Origin: Selaginella moellendorffii
Taxonomy: Eukaryota > Plantae > Lycopodiophyta
Length of the DNA stretch: 64,000 bases
NCBI RefSeq assembly: GCF_000143415.4
Contig: NW_003314352.1
Location: forward strand, 550,278-614,277
Reading direction: 5' to 3'
Shown: in pieces, positions 12,599-24,579 of the stretch
Layout: each line of letters opens with the position of its first letter
How positions within the stretch are numbered: position 1 is the stretch's first letter
Translations under genes and position numbers: made by a program
Notes under the pieces: model-generated
What the model was told of the DNA's origin: nothing
What the model saw: only the letters and a program-made list of their open reading frames with translations
Database searches by the model: none

Positions 12599-14491
12599 AT
12601 GATCCAGCGCGAATGGGCAAGCAACGCCGCAAGATCGAGACTGGCAGCTCCCTCCGTGGATCGGCTCGGCGAGGAGATCCGCCGCTGCGCCAGATCCAAG
12701 GCCCTAGCCGATGGCAAGCAAATCCACGCCGAGCTCGGCAAGCTGGGGCTGGATGGATCAACGTTTCTGGGGAATCTCCTCGTCCAGATGTATGGCAGCT
12801 GCCGCGATATCGAGGGCGCCGCGAGGGCTTTTTCCAGGATCAAGGAGCGCAACGTCTTCTCCTGGAACATCATGAGTGCGGCATTTGCCCAGAACGGGCA
12901 TTTTGGTGACGCGAAGAAAATCTTTGAGCGGATGCCTGAGAGAGACTCGGTCTCCTGGAATCTGATGATCACAAGCTTCGCGCAGAAGGGATGGGTACGC
13001 GAGGCCAGAGAGGTCTTCGATCAAACCCCGGATCACGACACCGTGACATGGAACGCGATGATCGCAGCGTATGCCCAGAACGGGTATTCCCAGCAGGCGA
13101 TCGATCTCTTTCGACTGATGCAAATTGAGGGCGTCGCGGCGGATCGCATTACATTCACGACCGCGATCGAAGCGTGTGCTGGCTGCCTCGCGTGGGCGTC
13201 CCTCGGCCGGATCATCCACGCGGAGGTTGCGAGCAGTGGCGTCTTGCTGGATCGCAAGGTCCACAACAGCTTGATCAATCTCTATGGCAAGGCCGGGCAG
13301 GCGATCGAGGCGGCCAGCGTCTTCCACTCCATGGCCGGGAGGGACGTGATCAGCTGGACCGCACTGATGATGAGCTTCTCGCAGCACGGCCATCTCTCGC
13401 AGGCGAGCAGCGTCTTCGATCGGATGCCGCAGCACGACAACCTCGCCTGGAACGCGCTCATCATCGACTTTGCCCGGATCGGTGACCTCTCCTCCGCGAT
13501 GCGTCTCTACAATTTCCTCCCGGAGGAGAGCCCCGTCTCCTCAACCACGATGATCGCAGCGTTCGCCCAGAACGGGCACTTGCAAGGAGCGAGAGACGTC
13601 TTCCACGCGCTGGCCGACCCGGATGTGGTGGCCTGGAACGCGATCATCGCGGCGGCGGTCCAGCACTCGAGCTTCCGCGAGGCGCTGGAGCTCTTCCGGG
13701 CAATGGTGGCGAGCGGCGCGTCCCCGAATCGCATCACCTTCATCAGCAGCCTCCACGCGTGCGCGCGCGAGGCCGTGCTGGACGCGGGCAAGGCCATCCA
13801 CGAGGAGATCTCCATCCGGGCCCTCGCCGCCGACGCCACGCTCGCCGCGATGCTCATCAACGTCTACGGCCGCTGTGGCCATGTCGCCACTGCGCGCAAG
13901 CTTTTCGACGACCTCCCGGAGCTGTGCGTGCTGCTGTGGAACACGATGCTCGCGGCGTACGCGCACGCCGGCCACTCCGCCGCCGCATTGGAGCTCTTCC
14001 AAGACATGAACCTGGCGGGCTTCCACGCCGATCCCGTGAGCTTTACCGTGCTTCTCTCGGCGTGCAGCCACGCGGGGGAGCTCCGCGACGCTCTCCGCTG
14101 CTTCGCAACCATGGTGGGCGATCACGGCATCGTCCCTGAGAGGGATCACTTCGGCTGCGTTGTGGATCTCATGGGGAGAACCGGGCAGCTGGAAAAGGCC
14201 GAGGATCTCGTCGCCAACATGCCGTTTGAGCCCGACTTTGTGAGCTTGACGAGCTTGGTGGGCGCTTGCCGGGTTCACCGAGATCCAAGGAGGGGTCGCA
14301 GGATCTCGGAGTTGGCACTCGCGTCGTCGCCCAAGAGATCGTCCGCGTATGCCCTCCTCTCCAGCCTCTTCGCCCAGGATCACGAGGTGGACGAGTCGAA
14401 GTCCTTGCTGCTAGTGGAGGAGACGATAGATCATTCGTTCTTCGAATACAAGCAAGTTAGAAGAAGCTCTTGTTATCACCAATGCGATTGA
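12599..14491 (+). CDS. PLS-class pentatricopeptide repeat protein with E domain (no DYW), intronless
   Basis: The 630-aa ORF has repeated xSWNxMIxAYAQNG motifs, LLSACSHAG, HFGCVVDLMGRTG and MPFEPD...LVGACRVH. Confidence 0.95.
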   Translation: MIQREWASNAARSRLAAPSVDRLGEEIRRCARSKALADGKQIHAELGKLGLDGSTFLGNLLVQMYGSCRDIEGAARAFSRIKERNVFSWNIMSAAFAQNGHFGDAKKIFERMPERDSVSWNLMITSFAQKGWVREAREVFDQTPDHDTVTWNAMIAAYAQNGYSQQAIDLFRLMQIEGVAADRITFTTAIEACAGCLAWASLGRIIHAEVASSGVLLDRKVHNSLINLYGKAGQAIEAASVFHSMAGRDVISWTALMMSFSQHGHLSQASSVFDRMPQHDNLAWNALIIDFARIGDLSSAMRLYNFLPEESPVSSTTMIAAFAQNGHLQGARDVFHALADPDVVAWNAIIAAAVQHSSFREALELFRAMVASGASPNRITFISSLHACAREAVLDAGKAIHEEISIRALAADATLAAMLINVYGRCGHVATARKLFDDLPELCVLLWNTMLAAYAHAGHSAAALELFQDMNLAGFHADPVSFTVLLSACSHAGELRDALRCFATMVGDHGIVPERDHFGCVVDLMGRTGQLEKAEDLVANMPFEPDFVSLTSLVGACRVHRDPRRGRRISELALASSPKRSSAYALLSSLFAQDHEVDESKSLLLVEETIDHSFFEYKQVRRSSCYHQCD

Positions 14492-14693
14492 TACCAAAAC
14501 TTTGTATAAGAGTTTGCTCTTGTGAAGATCAAGCACATCAACGCAAGAGAAAAGGCAAAACACCGAAAACTTCGGAAGTTACTTCTTTTGGGCGGGAACG
14601 CGCAACTCTCTTCTCGGTCAGCGTTTCACCGAGATCAACGTTCAATTCAAACAGGAATTAGGGTTCCTGGGTCAATGCTGTAGGAGAGGAAGA

Positions 14694-16288
14694 ATGGCGG
14701 GCGATGGCGTAGACGACATGGGCGCCAGGGGGATGGGGCGGCGGGGCATCCTCGCCGCTCTCTCCTACATGGCTTGCGCAGGTACGCCGATCGATGGATG
14801 AATGGACCGATCGATTCATCCTGTAGGTTAGGAGAGCTGATCTCTTTGTTTTTTTCTTCCATCTCTTGCAGTTTTGCTCGTCATGTTTAACAAGGCTGCG
14901 CTCTCAACTTACAGCTTTCCCTGTGCTAACGTGATCACACTTCTTCAGGTACTTCGGTTTCTTTTTTTCCTCCTGTGGACTGTTTGTGATGTTTCTTCCT
15001 TTTCACATTTTTCGCAAAGATCATCTGCTCGATCTGCCTACTTTACACTCTGCGATACTGGAACTTGATCACGTTTGAGAATGAGCCACTGGAAATTATT
15101 CTCGGGAAGGAAGGGTCGACCAGCAAGAGGCTTTTGGTTCCCATGAGAACTTTCAAGCGGACTCTACCACTGTCATTCTCGTATCTAATGTACATGGTGA
15201 GTGAGCTCGACTTTGTCAATCTCTTCTCAGTTTTCGCGCATGAACAGGTGATTGGAATGGCCTCACTCAGAGGAGTGAGCGTGCCAATGTACACAACGCT
15301 CCGGCGAACGACAGTCTTGTTCACAATGGCAATGGAGTACGCCATCATGGGACAGAGGCATTCGAGAGAAGTGATTTGCAGGTTTGGGTCTAAGATCTCG
15401 CAAGATAGAGAAAGGAAAAACTTTAAGAACTTTTGCCTCTTTCTTTTTGCAGCGTGGGAGTTATAGTCTTTGGAGCGTTTCTAGCTGGAGCCAGAGACTT
15501 CTCCTTTGATACCGCCGGCTATTCTTTGGTTGTCATCTCCAACGTAACAACGGCAATCTACCTAGCGGTGATTGCTCGCCTCGGTATGTTTGCGACTTTT
15601 TCTCCCGTTTTATGCTCATTGTCATACGATCAATCACTTTGCAGGGAAGGTCACAGGACTAAACAGCTTTGGCCTCATGTGGTGTAATAGTAAGCTCATT
15701 GGTTTTCCGTAAAGCTCTGTGTGTTTCTTTACACTTTTATTCTGAGCAGGCTTAGTTTGTTTACCAATACTTCTAGTCTGGACATGGCTAACGGGAGAGC
15801 TTCACTCAGCAACAGATTTTCCAGCTTTATACGAGCACGGATTCCAGGTTGGAGTTTCATCACTCGGTTTAAGCTGCTTCATGATTAGCTTTTGGTTTCC
15901 TCTCTCTCAGGCTGTGCTACTTTTATCATGTATTCTAGCCTTCGTTCTTAACTACACAATTTTCCTCAACACGTCTCTAAACTCGCCATTGACGCAAACA
16001 ATGTGCGGAAACATCAAGGTTCGCTTGCTACACATCTGTTACTTGGCAAACTTTCAAAGTTCTTTTTTGGTTTTTGATTTCGTTTGGCAGGACCTCGGCA
16101 CTATTTTTCTGGGATGGCTGCTTTTTGGAGGCCTGCCGTTTGACTGGGTGAGGCCATGTTTTTGTGCTCGTTTTTGTTCTCACTCGAAAATCTGTGTGGC
16201 TTTGTGCCAACAGCTAAACGTTTTGGGCCAAGCTCTGGGATTTTTGGGTTCTGGATTCTACGCTTACTGCAAGCTGCATGGAAAGTAA
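14694..16288 (+). CDS. Golgi nucleotide-sugar transporter (UGNT1/UTr7-like, SLC35D-type), multi-exon
   Basis: Motifs are ALSYMACAVLLVMFNKAALS, SVPMYTTLRRTT, AGARDFSFD, GLNSFGLMWCN and NSPLTQTMCGNIKD. It is a multi-TM protein with GT-AG introns. Confidence 0.9.
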
Positions 16289-16525
16289 GCAAGGCAAGAA
16301 GATCTTTCTTTCTTCGTTGTGTATACAGGCGAGATTGAGAGTTTCGCAATGGGGGACAAAGAAGCCCTTTTGTGAGAGCGTTTGACAATCGACTTAACAT
16401 TATATAGTCTGACACAAATCCAAGCTCCAATTTTTTTTTTCAGCTTGTTGAGGAAAAACATGATTTTGTTTTGGGTCATGCTAAGGTCATTTTCTTTCTA
16501 GATTTTATGTTTCAGGGCGGGAGCG

Positions 16526-17769
16526 ATGCACGAAGACAGCGAGAGAACAGCGAGAGCTCTGGATGCCATGGCAGCGATTGGGCTGCCCAGAAAATTTGTT
16601 CTCGGGGTTCTCACCGAGGCGCTCAAGGTCTCAAAAGAGCCACTTTTTTTTTTGTGTGTGTGCCTCGATCGTCGGCTTGCAGGTTTACAATGGATGGGCA
16701 TTCCTGGAGCAAAACCATTTCGAAGTTCTGGCCGAGCTTTGCCTCGACCAGATGGTATTTCCCATTCGTTTCTTCGTTTCTTCCCTTTGGTTTCGCTTCC
16801 ATGCTCATACCCGATGTTGCGCAGCAGGAAGCGGACACATTGGCGATCGAAAGCGGTACTTCCATGAAGAGCTCCTCGACTGGCACTGGTAAGAAAAAAA
16901 AAATCTCTTTTCTCTCTTTTCTCGAACAAAAGCATGACTGCCAGTGGTCGACCGGGGAAAGGAAAAGAGACCATCGCGATGTCGCGCATCGCCAGCGGCA
17001 AAGGCTGCTGGATTCAAAGCTTCCACTTCCAGTCCGGTGGAAGCTTCAAGAAAAGCTGCCGCTGGAGCCAAAGTTTCTTCCTCTCGTCTCAAACCGGTGG
17101 AAACTCAAAAGCCTGCCGTTTCTTCCTCTCCTCTCAAACCGGTGGAAGCTCAAAAGCCTGCCGCTGGATCTAAAGAGGAGATCGCTGTTCTTGGGGGAAG
17201 CAAAGCCTTTCCTCCGGCTAATAAAAAGCCTCGAACGAATCCGGAGCGTCTCGGGATCGTCCTGGAGCCATTCATCTTCCGGGCTCCAACAAGGAAAGTC
17301 TCTCCATACGGTAAACGAAAAAAGCGTAGCTTTACGACTATACGATCTCATCCTCGGCGAGTTTTGCAGGAGATTTTCCATCCGCTGTGGCTGATCCCAT
17401 GAATGGTAAGTTCGTCCCACTTTTTCTTTCGTTTCTAGTTGAAAAACGATGGTTTTTGCGCAGGAGCCGAGCATTCCAAGCAAATGATGGTCACTGGTAA
17501 GAGCATTGATCTTCATTCTTCCGCTTTTCATCTTGGAAAACGAAGCTTTTTGCGCAGGAGGCGAGCATTCCAAGCAAATGGTGGCCTTGAGCGTCCAGCC
17601 CCTCGCGGAGAACATACCCCCAGAGCAAGATCTGGCTCTGGCACCGGTTGTGAGCATGAGCGATCAAGCCAGCGAGCTCTCGGATGATCCAGAGCTTCCA
17701 TCGCGTGGATTCAGCCCGGATGCTTGGGCGCTCTCCTTGATCAACAGCCAATATGGCGATGACGACTAG
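16526..17769 (+). CDS. WIYLD-domain protein with a low-complexity C-terminus, multi-exon
   Basis: The spliced N-terminus RALDAMAAIGLPRKFVLGVLTEALKV|YNGWAFLEQNHFEVLAELCLDQM matches the WIYLD ubiquitin-binding domain pattern. Confidence 0.7.
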
Positions 17770-18530
17770 AGAATCTCTTGGGAGGGTCGACTTACGAACG
17801 GTTTTTGTATGTATGGATGTATATTCCTTGATAGCTAGAATAGTTCTAGAAGTCCAAGCTTTGATCAAAGCTACTTTAGCTATGATGGCTCTTTACCAAT
17901 GTTTTCTAGAATCATTATCAATGTCCATCGTTTCTTCTTCCTTCAGCTTAACGGCTTGGTTTGGGCGGATTATTCCAAGCGCACTGGAGGAAATGGAGGC
18001 AATGAGACCGCCACTACTTTTTATTAAACCCCCATTAATTAACTCTTAATTAGCACACTCTTTCTTCCTGTTTTTTACCGTAGCTAAACCCTAAACCCGT
18101 TCCATCCTGGCTTTATTTGTTTAAATTAGCGTAACTCTCAAAACCCTAGCGCAAGATCGGAGAGCGATGGTGCCGCGGCGCTGTGGGGATCTACGCACTC
18201 GCAGGTAGCAGCCGCTGTGCTGCATTTCCCCGACGCGCTCGCCGCTGGCGCTGGGATTTGGCAGCGAAATCAAGGCGCGCGCCACGAAATCCACCGGCAT
18301 TGCTCTCCTCGGCCCCGGCGCCTCCTGCTCCGCCGCTCCAGGGAACACCGCAAGCACCGGGGGAGTGGCATTTCGCCCGGATTCGACAATGCCGGGGGTG
18401 TACACCGCGGATCTAGCACTGACGGGGTAAGGAGTGCTTCTAGGGAAAATATTTCGGCACGGGCATTGGTTCTTGGCGCGGGGCAAGGGAAATATTTCGC
18501 GAGATTTCGTCCGTCCACACCGGGAAGGCC

Positions 18531-20282
18531 ATGGCTGGCAGCAACAGCGGCAACTACAGCATCCCGACCACGAGCTTCCCCTCGCATCAGCTCAGCAATG
18601 GGCTCTACGTCTCCGGGCGGCCGGATCCGTACAAGGAGAGGCTGCCAACGATGAGCTCCACAGCGATGCCATACACAGGTGGTGACATAAAGAAGTCTGG
18701 CGAGCTGGGCAAGATGTTTGACATACCCGTAGAGGCTCCCAAGACAAAGAAGTCGGGTCCAATTGGGAGTGGAGTTGGGAATCCACAGGCAAAGCAGCAG
18801 CAGCAGCAGCAGCAACACCAAGTGGGTTCCGCGGTGCTGTCGCGCTCACACTCCGGACCACTCCCATCTGGAGCACCTCGGACGGCTTTCCCCACCTCGG
18901 GCCCGATGAGCGCTAGCAAGTCCTACTCCCAAAGATCCAACTCGGGGCCCCTCTCCGGGGCGGGCTTTGCGAGCTCTGGCTCCAAGTCGGGGCCGCTCAC
19001 GGGACCACACGGCGCTGGTGGTGGCTTGAAGACGTCAGGGCCTTTGTCAGGCGGGACAACGCCCAACGTTCTGAAGACTTCCGGCCCACTTACGCCTAAT
19101 CTCCCTGCCACCGGACTCATCACCTCTGGGCCGCTCTCCTCCACCGGGGCTCCGCGCAAGGGGCTGTCCGGCTCCATGGAGCTGGGGGCGTCCGGGAGGT
19201 TCCCCAGGGCGTCGTCCATGCACGGCCAGGCGGTGACCAACATGAGCAACGAGCAGAGCTACTCGCTCCGGAGCAACTTCCCGAAGGTGATACTGTGGAC
19301 GGTCATCCCGCTCTTCATCATGGGGTTCATCGCGGGCGGCTTCATTCTCGTGGCGGTCCAGAACGCCATCCTGCTCATCGTGGTCGGGTCACTCTTTGTG
19401 GCCCTCATGGTTCTGCTCATCTGGAACACTTGCTGGGGAAAGAAGTCGGTGCTCGGCTTTATTGCCAACTTCCCAGACGCTCAGCTCGGGAATGCGAAGG
19501 ACGGGCAGTACGTGAAAATCACCGGGGTAACTCTGCTAAACTTTGTTCTTTCTTTTCTTTCATTTTCTTCTTCTGATGGTTTTCTTTTGTCCCTTTTGTA
19601 GGTTGTGACTTGTGGCAGTGTTCCTTTAGAGTCATCCTACCAGAAAGTAAATCGCTGTATATACACGTCAACGGGTCTTCATGAATTCAGAGGCGTCGAT
19701 TCAAAGCCGGTCAACGACAAGCAGAGGAGGTTTACCTGGGCTCTCCGACACATGGACGTGAGTTTTCCTCTTCCATTACCAGAGATTCCTGCTTATGAAC
19801 TTCCCTGTTTGCGCAGAGGCATGTGGTGGACTTTTACATCTCAGACTTTCAATCGGGCTTGAGAGCTCTGGTAAAAGCCGGCTATGGTGCCAACATCACA
19901 CCGTATGTCGAGGAGAGCCCCGTGGTGGAGGTCGCCCCCGCTACCAAGGAGCTGCCAAAGGATTTCGTTCGCTGGCTATCGGAGAGGAACCTCTCCCGGG
20001 AGGACAGGATAATGCGGCTCACCGAGGGGTAACAAGTCGACTCGCTTTGATCTTTCCTTGGGCTGATGGAATCGTTTGTTCCTGCGCAGGTATATCAAAG
20101 AGGGCAGCACCGTCACAGTGTTGGGGGTTGTCCAGAGGCACGAAAACGTCCTGATGATCGTCGCTCCTCCCGAGCCCGTGTCCACTGGCTGCCAATGGCG
20201 TAAGTTCCTCCTCCCGGCCAACTTGGACGGCCTCATTATCAGATGCGACGAAGTGTCCAGGGTGGACGGGATACCTCTGTGA
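18531..20282 (+). CDS. SHOU4/SHOU4L-like membrane protein (At1g16860/At1g78880 family), 4 exons
   Basis: Motifs are SHQLSNGLYVSGRP, YTGGDIKKSGELGKMFDIP, repeated SGPL, two TM helices, GQYVKITG|VVTCGSVPLESSYQK, DFYISDFQSGLRALVKAGYG and EGYIKEGSTVTV. Confidence 0.9.
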
Positions 20283-20636
20283 AGAAATGCGATCGCAGGA
20301 GATGGAGAGTGAGAGGGAGAGAGAGAGAGAGGGGAGAAAGTTTCCAGCCGAATTTCTCGTGTTCTCGAGGACGCTGCTCGCAACAACGAAGAACTAAAGA
20401 TTGGAAGAAAACGAGGAGCTGCTGAAAGCTTTGCTGCTTTCAATAACTAAATAGTGAGTTTGATTTCCTTGTGAAAGTCGATATGTCACCCTTTGTACCG
20501 AGTACTATGAATCAAAGTATATAGAAGGAAAAGATCAAAATTGTATTCTCTGGATCTTAGCTTGGCTGGAAGTTTCTCCAGCCAAAAAAAAAAAATTGGA
20601 TCTTGATGGATCTCTCACCATGAAAGAATGGATATC

Positions 20637-21086
20637 TCAATCTAGTATCGAAACTGTGTCGAGGACAAAAAGCTTGAGGAGGATGATGTAAACGAGTGGG
20701 GAGATCTTCCCCGCGGCCACCATGGCCTTGATCGCTACCGCGAGATCCCACTGCTCGATCGAGAGCCTCTCCATGCAGACCCTCTCGATTGCCTCCAGCA
20801 GTTCGCGTGATTCGTCGTCACCTTGGATGGAAGAGAGCCAGTGCCACTCCGCGCCCTGCTGATCGAGCGAGACCACCATGCTGGCGATGCTGGGCAGCAA
20901 GAACTCGCGCCGGAGTGCCAATTGCTCCAGGTGAAGGAGCGCGTGGTGATCGTGCTCGTGGCGGTGGCTGTGATCCGGCGAGTTGGGCGGCTTGTACACG
21001 GATCTCGCTGTTGGCGGGTAGCGCCCCATGAATCGCACCACGATCGCGCTGCCCTGGGTCATCGCCCTCTTGCAAAAGGTCGCCAT
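20637..21086 (-). CDS. Hypothetical protein with a His-rich segment
   Basis: This is a 149-aa ATG-initiated, GC-rich single-exon ORF containing RFMGRYPPTARSVYKPP followed by a His-rich run. No function was recognised. Confidence 0.5.
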   Translation of the reverse strand: MATFCKRAMTQGSAIVVRFMGRYPPTARSVYKPPNSPDHSHRHEHDHHALLHLEQLALRREFLLPSIASMVVSLDQQGAEWHWLSSIQGDDESRELLEAIERVCMERLSIEQWDLAVAIKAMVAAGKISPLVYIILLKLFVLDTVSILD

Positions 21087-21319
21087 GGATCTTGTGGCGA
21101 GCGGCTAAGAACTAGATGAATTGATTACTCGATCGAGCGATGGATCGCCAGCACGCGATCGATCGCATTTTGATGGGGGCACTGATCGATCGCGCACTTC
21201 TAGTCCAGGGCCGCAGCACGCGACTTCACCGGCGGAGCGACTTTTCCGCGTAGTCAACGGTCAAGGATACGGCCACGGTTGACCAGTTCTTGCCAGCGAG
21301 ATTGCTAGGTCGCCGGCCA

Positions 21320-22159
21320 ATGCTGCTAGGCGCGGGGCTTCCGCCGCCACTGCCTCTTCTCCATCGTCCTTGCGCGGCAGCCGCGGGATGGATGAGAAAT
21401 CTTCCTTTCCCGGGAATGCGAATGCGGGTGGCGGCTTCTTCGTCGCCCTTCGATGGCGACGACGCGAGGTAACGAGAAATTGTTGCGCGGCGGTTCTCGA
21501 TTCATTGATTGATCTCGGCAGCGTCCGGAGGAATGATGCTGCTGCCACCGGGCCTGGCGCAAAACCGCTGCCAGAGGTAAATATCTCGATCGAGAGTGGT
21601 TTTGTGATTGTCCTCAAAACTCACACGAATCCTTTCCAGCTCAATGCCGAGGAGGCTGTGCGGATCCAACTGGATGCATTGCTGGAGAACAATACTCCTC
21701 GCCAAGATCACGGGCTGGAGGTCAGAGTTACCTCTTTTCATCTTTTTTTCTTTGGCAAACGCATGGAGTGGAGGAGTTTCTAAAGAACGCTCTCGCAGGT
21801 GATGTACTTGTTTGCAAATGCTGAAGGAGATTTTGACGGTAGCCTTCCTTGCTACTTTGGATCCGCGGCTGACCTCTACCACTTTGGCCATTTCGCGCTC
21901 AAGTTCAAGACAAGGTGAGTGTACGCGAATGCTATCGTTTTCTCTGGTTTCTAAAAGGCTCCAGGCAGGCAGATTTCCGGAGCTTCTCAAGATGGAAAGC
22001 TACGAAATCGTGAATGCCAGCGACGGCAAAGTTGTGGCGAGCGTGAGGCATGGCAAAAGGCTGACTAAGTGGCTGTTCAGGATGTCCAAGGTCACAAGGG
22101 GTGAAATCAGCTACTGGCTTACAGATGGTCTTGTCCAACTTACAGAACCACAACAGTAA
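21320..22159 (+). CDS. Putative plastid-targeted protein (DUF4864/NTF2-like), multi-exon
   Basis: A transit-peptide-like start (MLLGAGLPPPLP...RMRVAASSS) precedes the spliced core AEEAVRIQLDALLENNTPRQDHGLE|VMYLFA...YHFGHFALKF...WLTDGLV. Introns are GT-AG. Confidence 0.7.
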
Positions 22160-22527
22160 TCAAACCAGGTTCGTCTTGTCATTCTCCTGATCTGCTTTGT
22201 CTAGAATGATTCCAAAGATGCAAAATATCGTTTTTTACACTGTCAATTTTCCTTCAGATTTGAGATTCTAAATCGCTGATTTTCTTTGCGTTTTCTTTCT
22301 TCGTTAGTGCTAAGGTGAAGCGACGTTGGCACATAAAGTCCAAGCATTATTTCGATCGCTCTTTCTCGCAGGTAAGGTTTTGGTTTGCCTCACAGCCTGT
22401 GTGTGTGGCTGCCAATCCAATCCTTTTAACGGCCAGATATTAACCTTTGGTGGAGCTTCTTGGAAGTTTGCTGCGGGGTAGCTAAATAGTCTCGATTTGA
22501 CGGACGAAGCCTGACAAAGGAGGAAGA

Positions 22528-23168
22528 ATGTTACCTGGTGTCGAGCTTGCGCGTCGAAGGCGGACGAGCAACTATTCGTGCGTGAGCTCGGACAGATCCA
22601 GTCGCTCGACTTCCAACATAGTGGCGACGAGGGAGAAGCAGCAGCAGCGGCAGCAGCAGAAGATTGGAGTCCCCCGCTCGTCCTCCGAGGTACAAAATCT
22701 TGTTTTGAAATCGTTCTCCTGACACTCTTCCAAATCATAGATTGAAGAAGCAGCTGCTAACGCTCTAGCAACACTGCAAGCGCGCTATCGTTTCCACCCA
22801 AGAGACGAGGCATCCAGGACCGCAGCAAACGAAGCTCGGGAGAGGTTGGAAGCCAGGCTCCGAGCACCGGAGTTGAGGTAAGTTGTTTTTCTCTCGTTTC
22901 CTCTCACGAGCTCGAGCGAATGCGCAGAATAACTCGGCATGGATCCAACACGGTTCCTACTCCAACACCAACAAAAAAGAAATTTGGCAGTGGCAAGCAC
23001 CAAATTCTCTCGCACAAGGATGAGAGGCCGGATTGCCCGATTTGCCTGGAAGAAATTGGGCGGACGAGCCTGCTACTGCCGTGTAGACACGGATTCCACA
23101 AGGAATGCATAGAGCCGTGGATCGAGCGAAGTAATCACTGTCCTTGTTGCCGCGCGAGTGTTGTGTGA
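22528..23168 (+). CDS. RING-H2 E3 ubiquitin ligase (RHY1A-like), 3 exons
   Basis: It has the MLPGVELARRRR N-terminal motif, EARERLEARLR, and a C-terminal CPICLE...LPCRHGFHKECIEPW...CPCCR RING-H2. Confidence 0.88.
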
Positions 23169-23403
23169 GATATTCGAGGAAGGAGAGAAAAAATTTTTGG
23201 TAAAACGTCGTAGTTTAGGTTATCCCACATGCCTTGTTGGAGGATGAATATAAATTAAGTCCCAGGGCTAATGTCTAATGTAAGTGGCTGATGGCGAGCA
23301 ATATGCTGTAAATCGGGTGGAAGAGTTTTCAACACCAAACCGTGTGAGGAATATTCTCAAGCAGAACCAGATTATTCTACTTTAAGATAAAACAGTCGTT
23401 AAT

Positions 23404-23477
23404 GGTTTCATGGTGTAGTTGGTCATCACGTCAGTCTAACACACTGAAGGTCTCCAGTTCGAACCTGGATGAAGCCA
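23404..23477 (+). tRNA. trnV-AAC: tRNA-Val(AAC)
   Basis: The acceptor stem is GGTTTCA/TGAAGCC, the D arm TGGTGTAGTTGG, the anticodon stem TCAGT-CTAACAC-ACTGA and the T loop GTTCGAA. A downstream TTTTT is a Pol III terminator. Confidence 0.96.
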
Positions 23478-24019
23478 GCTGAACTTTTTCTTGAGTACGC
23501 GTGTTGCACACGTCAGCCGATTAATTTCAGCGGGTTTTGATTTTAGGCATCTCGTGGAGGAGTGATTGGTTTCGAAGCGATAATGCGGATTGAGCATGGG
23601 CTTCTTTCAGTCGTAGAGCTCAGACATAGATGCACATATTCAATTTAGGTTAAGTGTTTTCTTTGAGAGTTCAAAAATTTTATAACCCAAAATTTTAAAC
23701 TAAAGTAAAAAGTAGATAATCGAGTATTTAATTTATAAACATGGTGGAGTGGTACCTCCCACCAGGGTGCCTCTTTGCATACATTGTGAGGGATAGAAGC
23801 GAGAGCAAGATTTGAATAGTAGAGTTAGATCAAGCAAAGGCTATTCAAAGTTGTAATTGTTGTTGTAATCAAAGTTCAAAGTTGTAATCATATAGCAATT
23901 TGTAAATCTTACCATCCCCAGAAACAAATCAGCACGATTAAGAGTTATTTCAACTTTTTAATTCAATTTATGAATTTTATTTTTGTGTTATGTTGACATT
24001 ATTTCTTGACAATTAACAG

Positions 24020-24380
24020 TATGAGATTGCCCTAATTTCAAACTTTTGAATTTCGCGCTTTGTCTGATCAAAGTTTCACGGATGCCAATGGCCAACAACG
24101 AGGGTCATATCATCGCAAACTGGCCGTCCAATGCCATTGATCAGAGAACGCAGCAGCCGGTGGTACGATCGATCTTTTACAAATTGCTTGTTCATAAAGA
24201 TCAAAACTCTTTCTGGATTGTAGGGAATGCCGATGATCGTTTTACGAGACGAAGAGAGCGAAGGCAATGGCGTGGATCCTTCGACCACATCGGACGGAGA
24301 CAAGTTTCACAGTTTTGGAGATCCCAGAGGCGATTGTTGCCGTGCAGCAACTGGACGGAGAAAAGGCAAGATTTGTCACA
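24020..24380 (+). pseudogene. Truncated duplicate of internal exons of the 25824-27198 gene
   Basis: IKVSRMPMANNEGHIIANWPS and GMPMIVLRDEESEGNGVDPSTTSDGDKFHSFGDPR are nearly identical to 26520-26850. The 5' exons and the last exon are missing. Confidence 0.8.
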
Positions 24381-24579
24381 GTCTTTCTCTCGAGACATTA
24401 TTTCGATCGCCCTCTTTCTCCCATGTAAGGTTTTGGTTTCCCTCACAGCCTGTGTGTGTGGCTGCCAATCCAATCTTTTAACGGCCAGGTATTACCCTTT
24501 GGGTGGAGCTTCTTGGAAGTTTGCCGCGGGTAGCTAAATAGTTTCGATTTGACGAACGGAGCCTGACAAAGGAGGAAGA

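Noticed and set aside
12599-14491. PPR genes as DYW editing enzymes
   Set aside because: Both intact PPRs end within or just after the E region with no HxE/CxxC deaminase motif, so they would need a DYW partner in trans.
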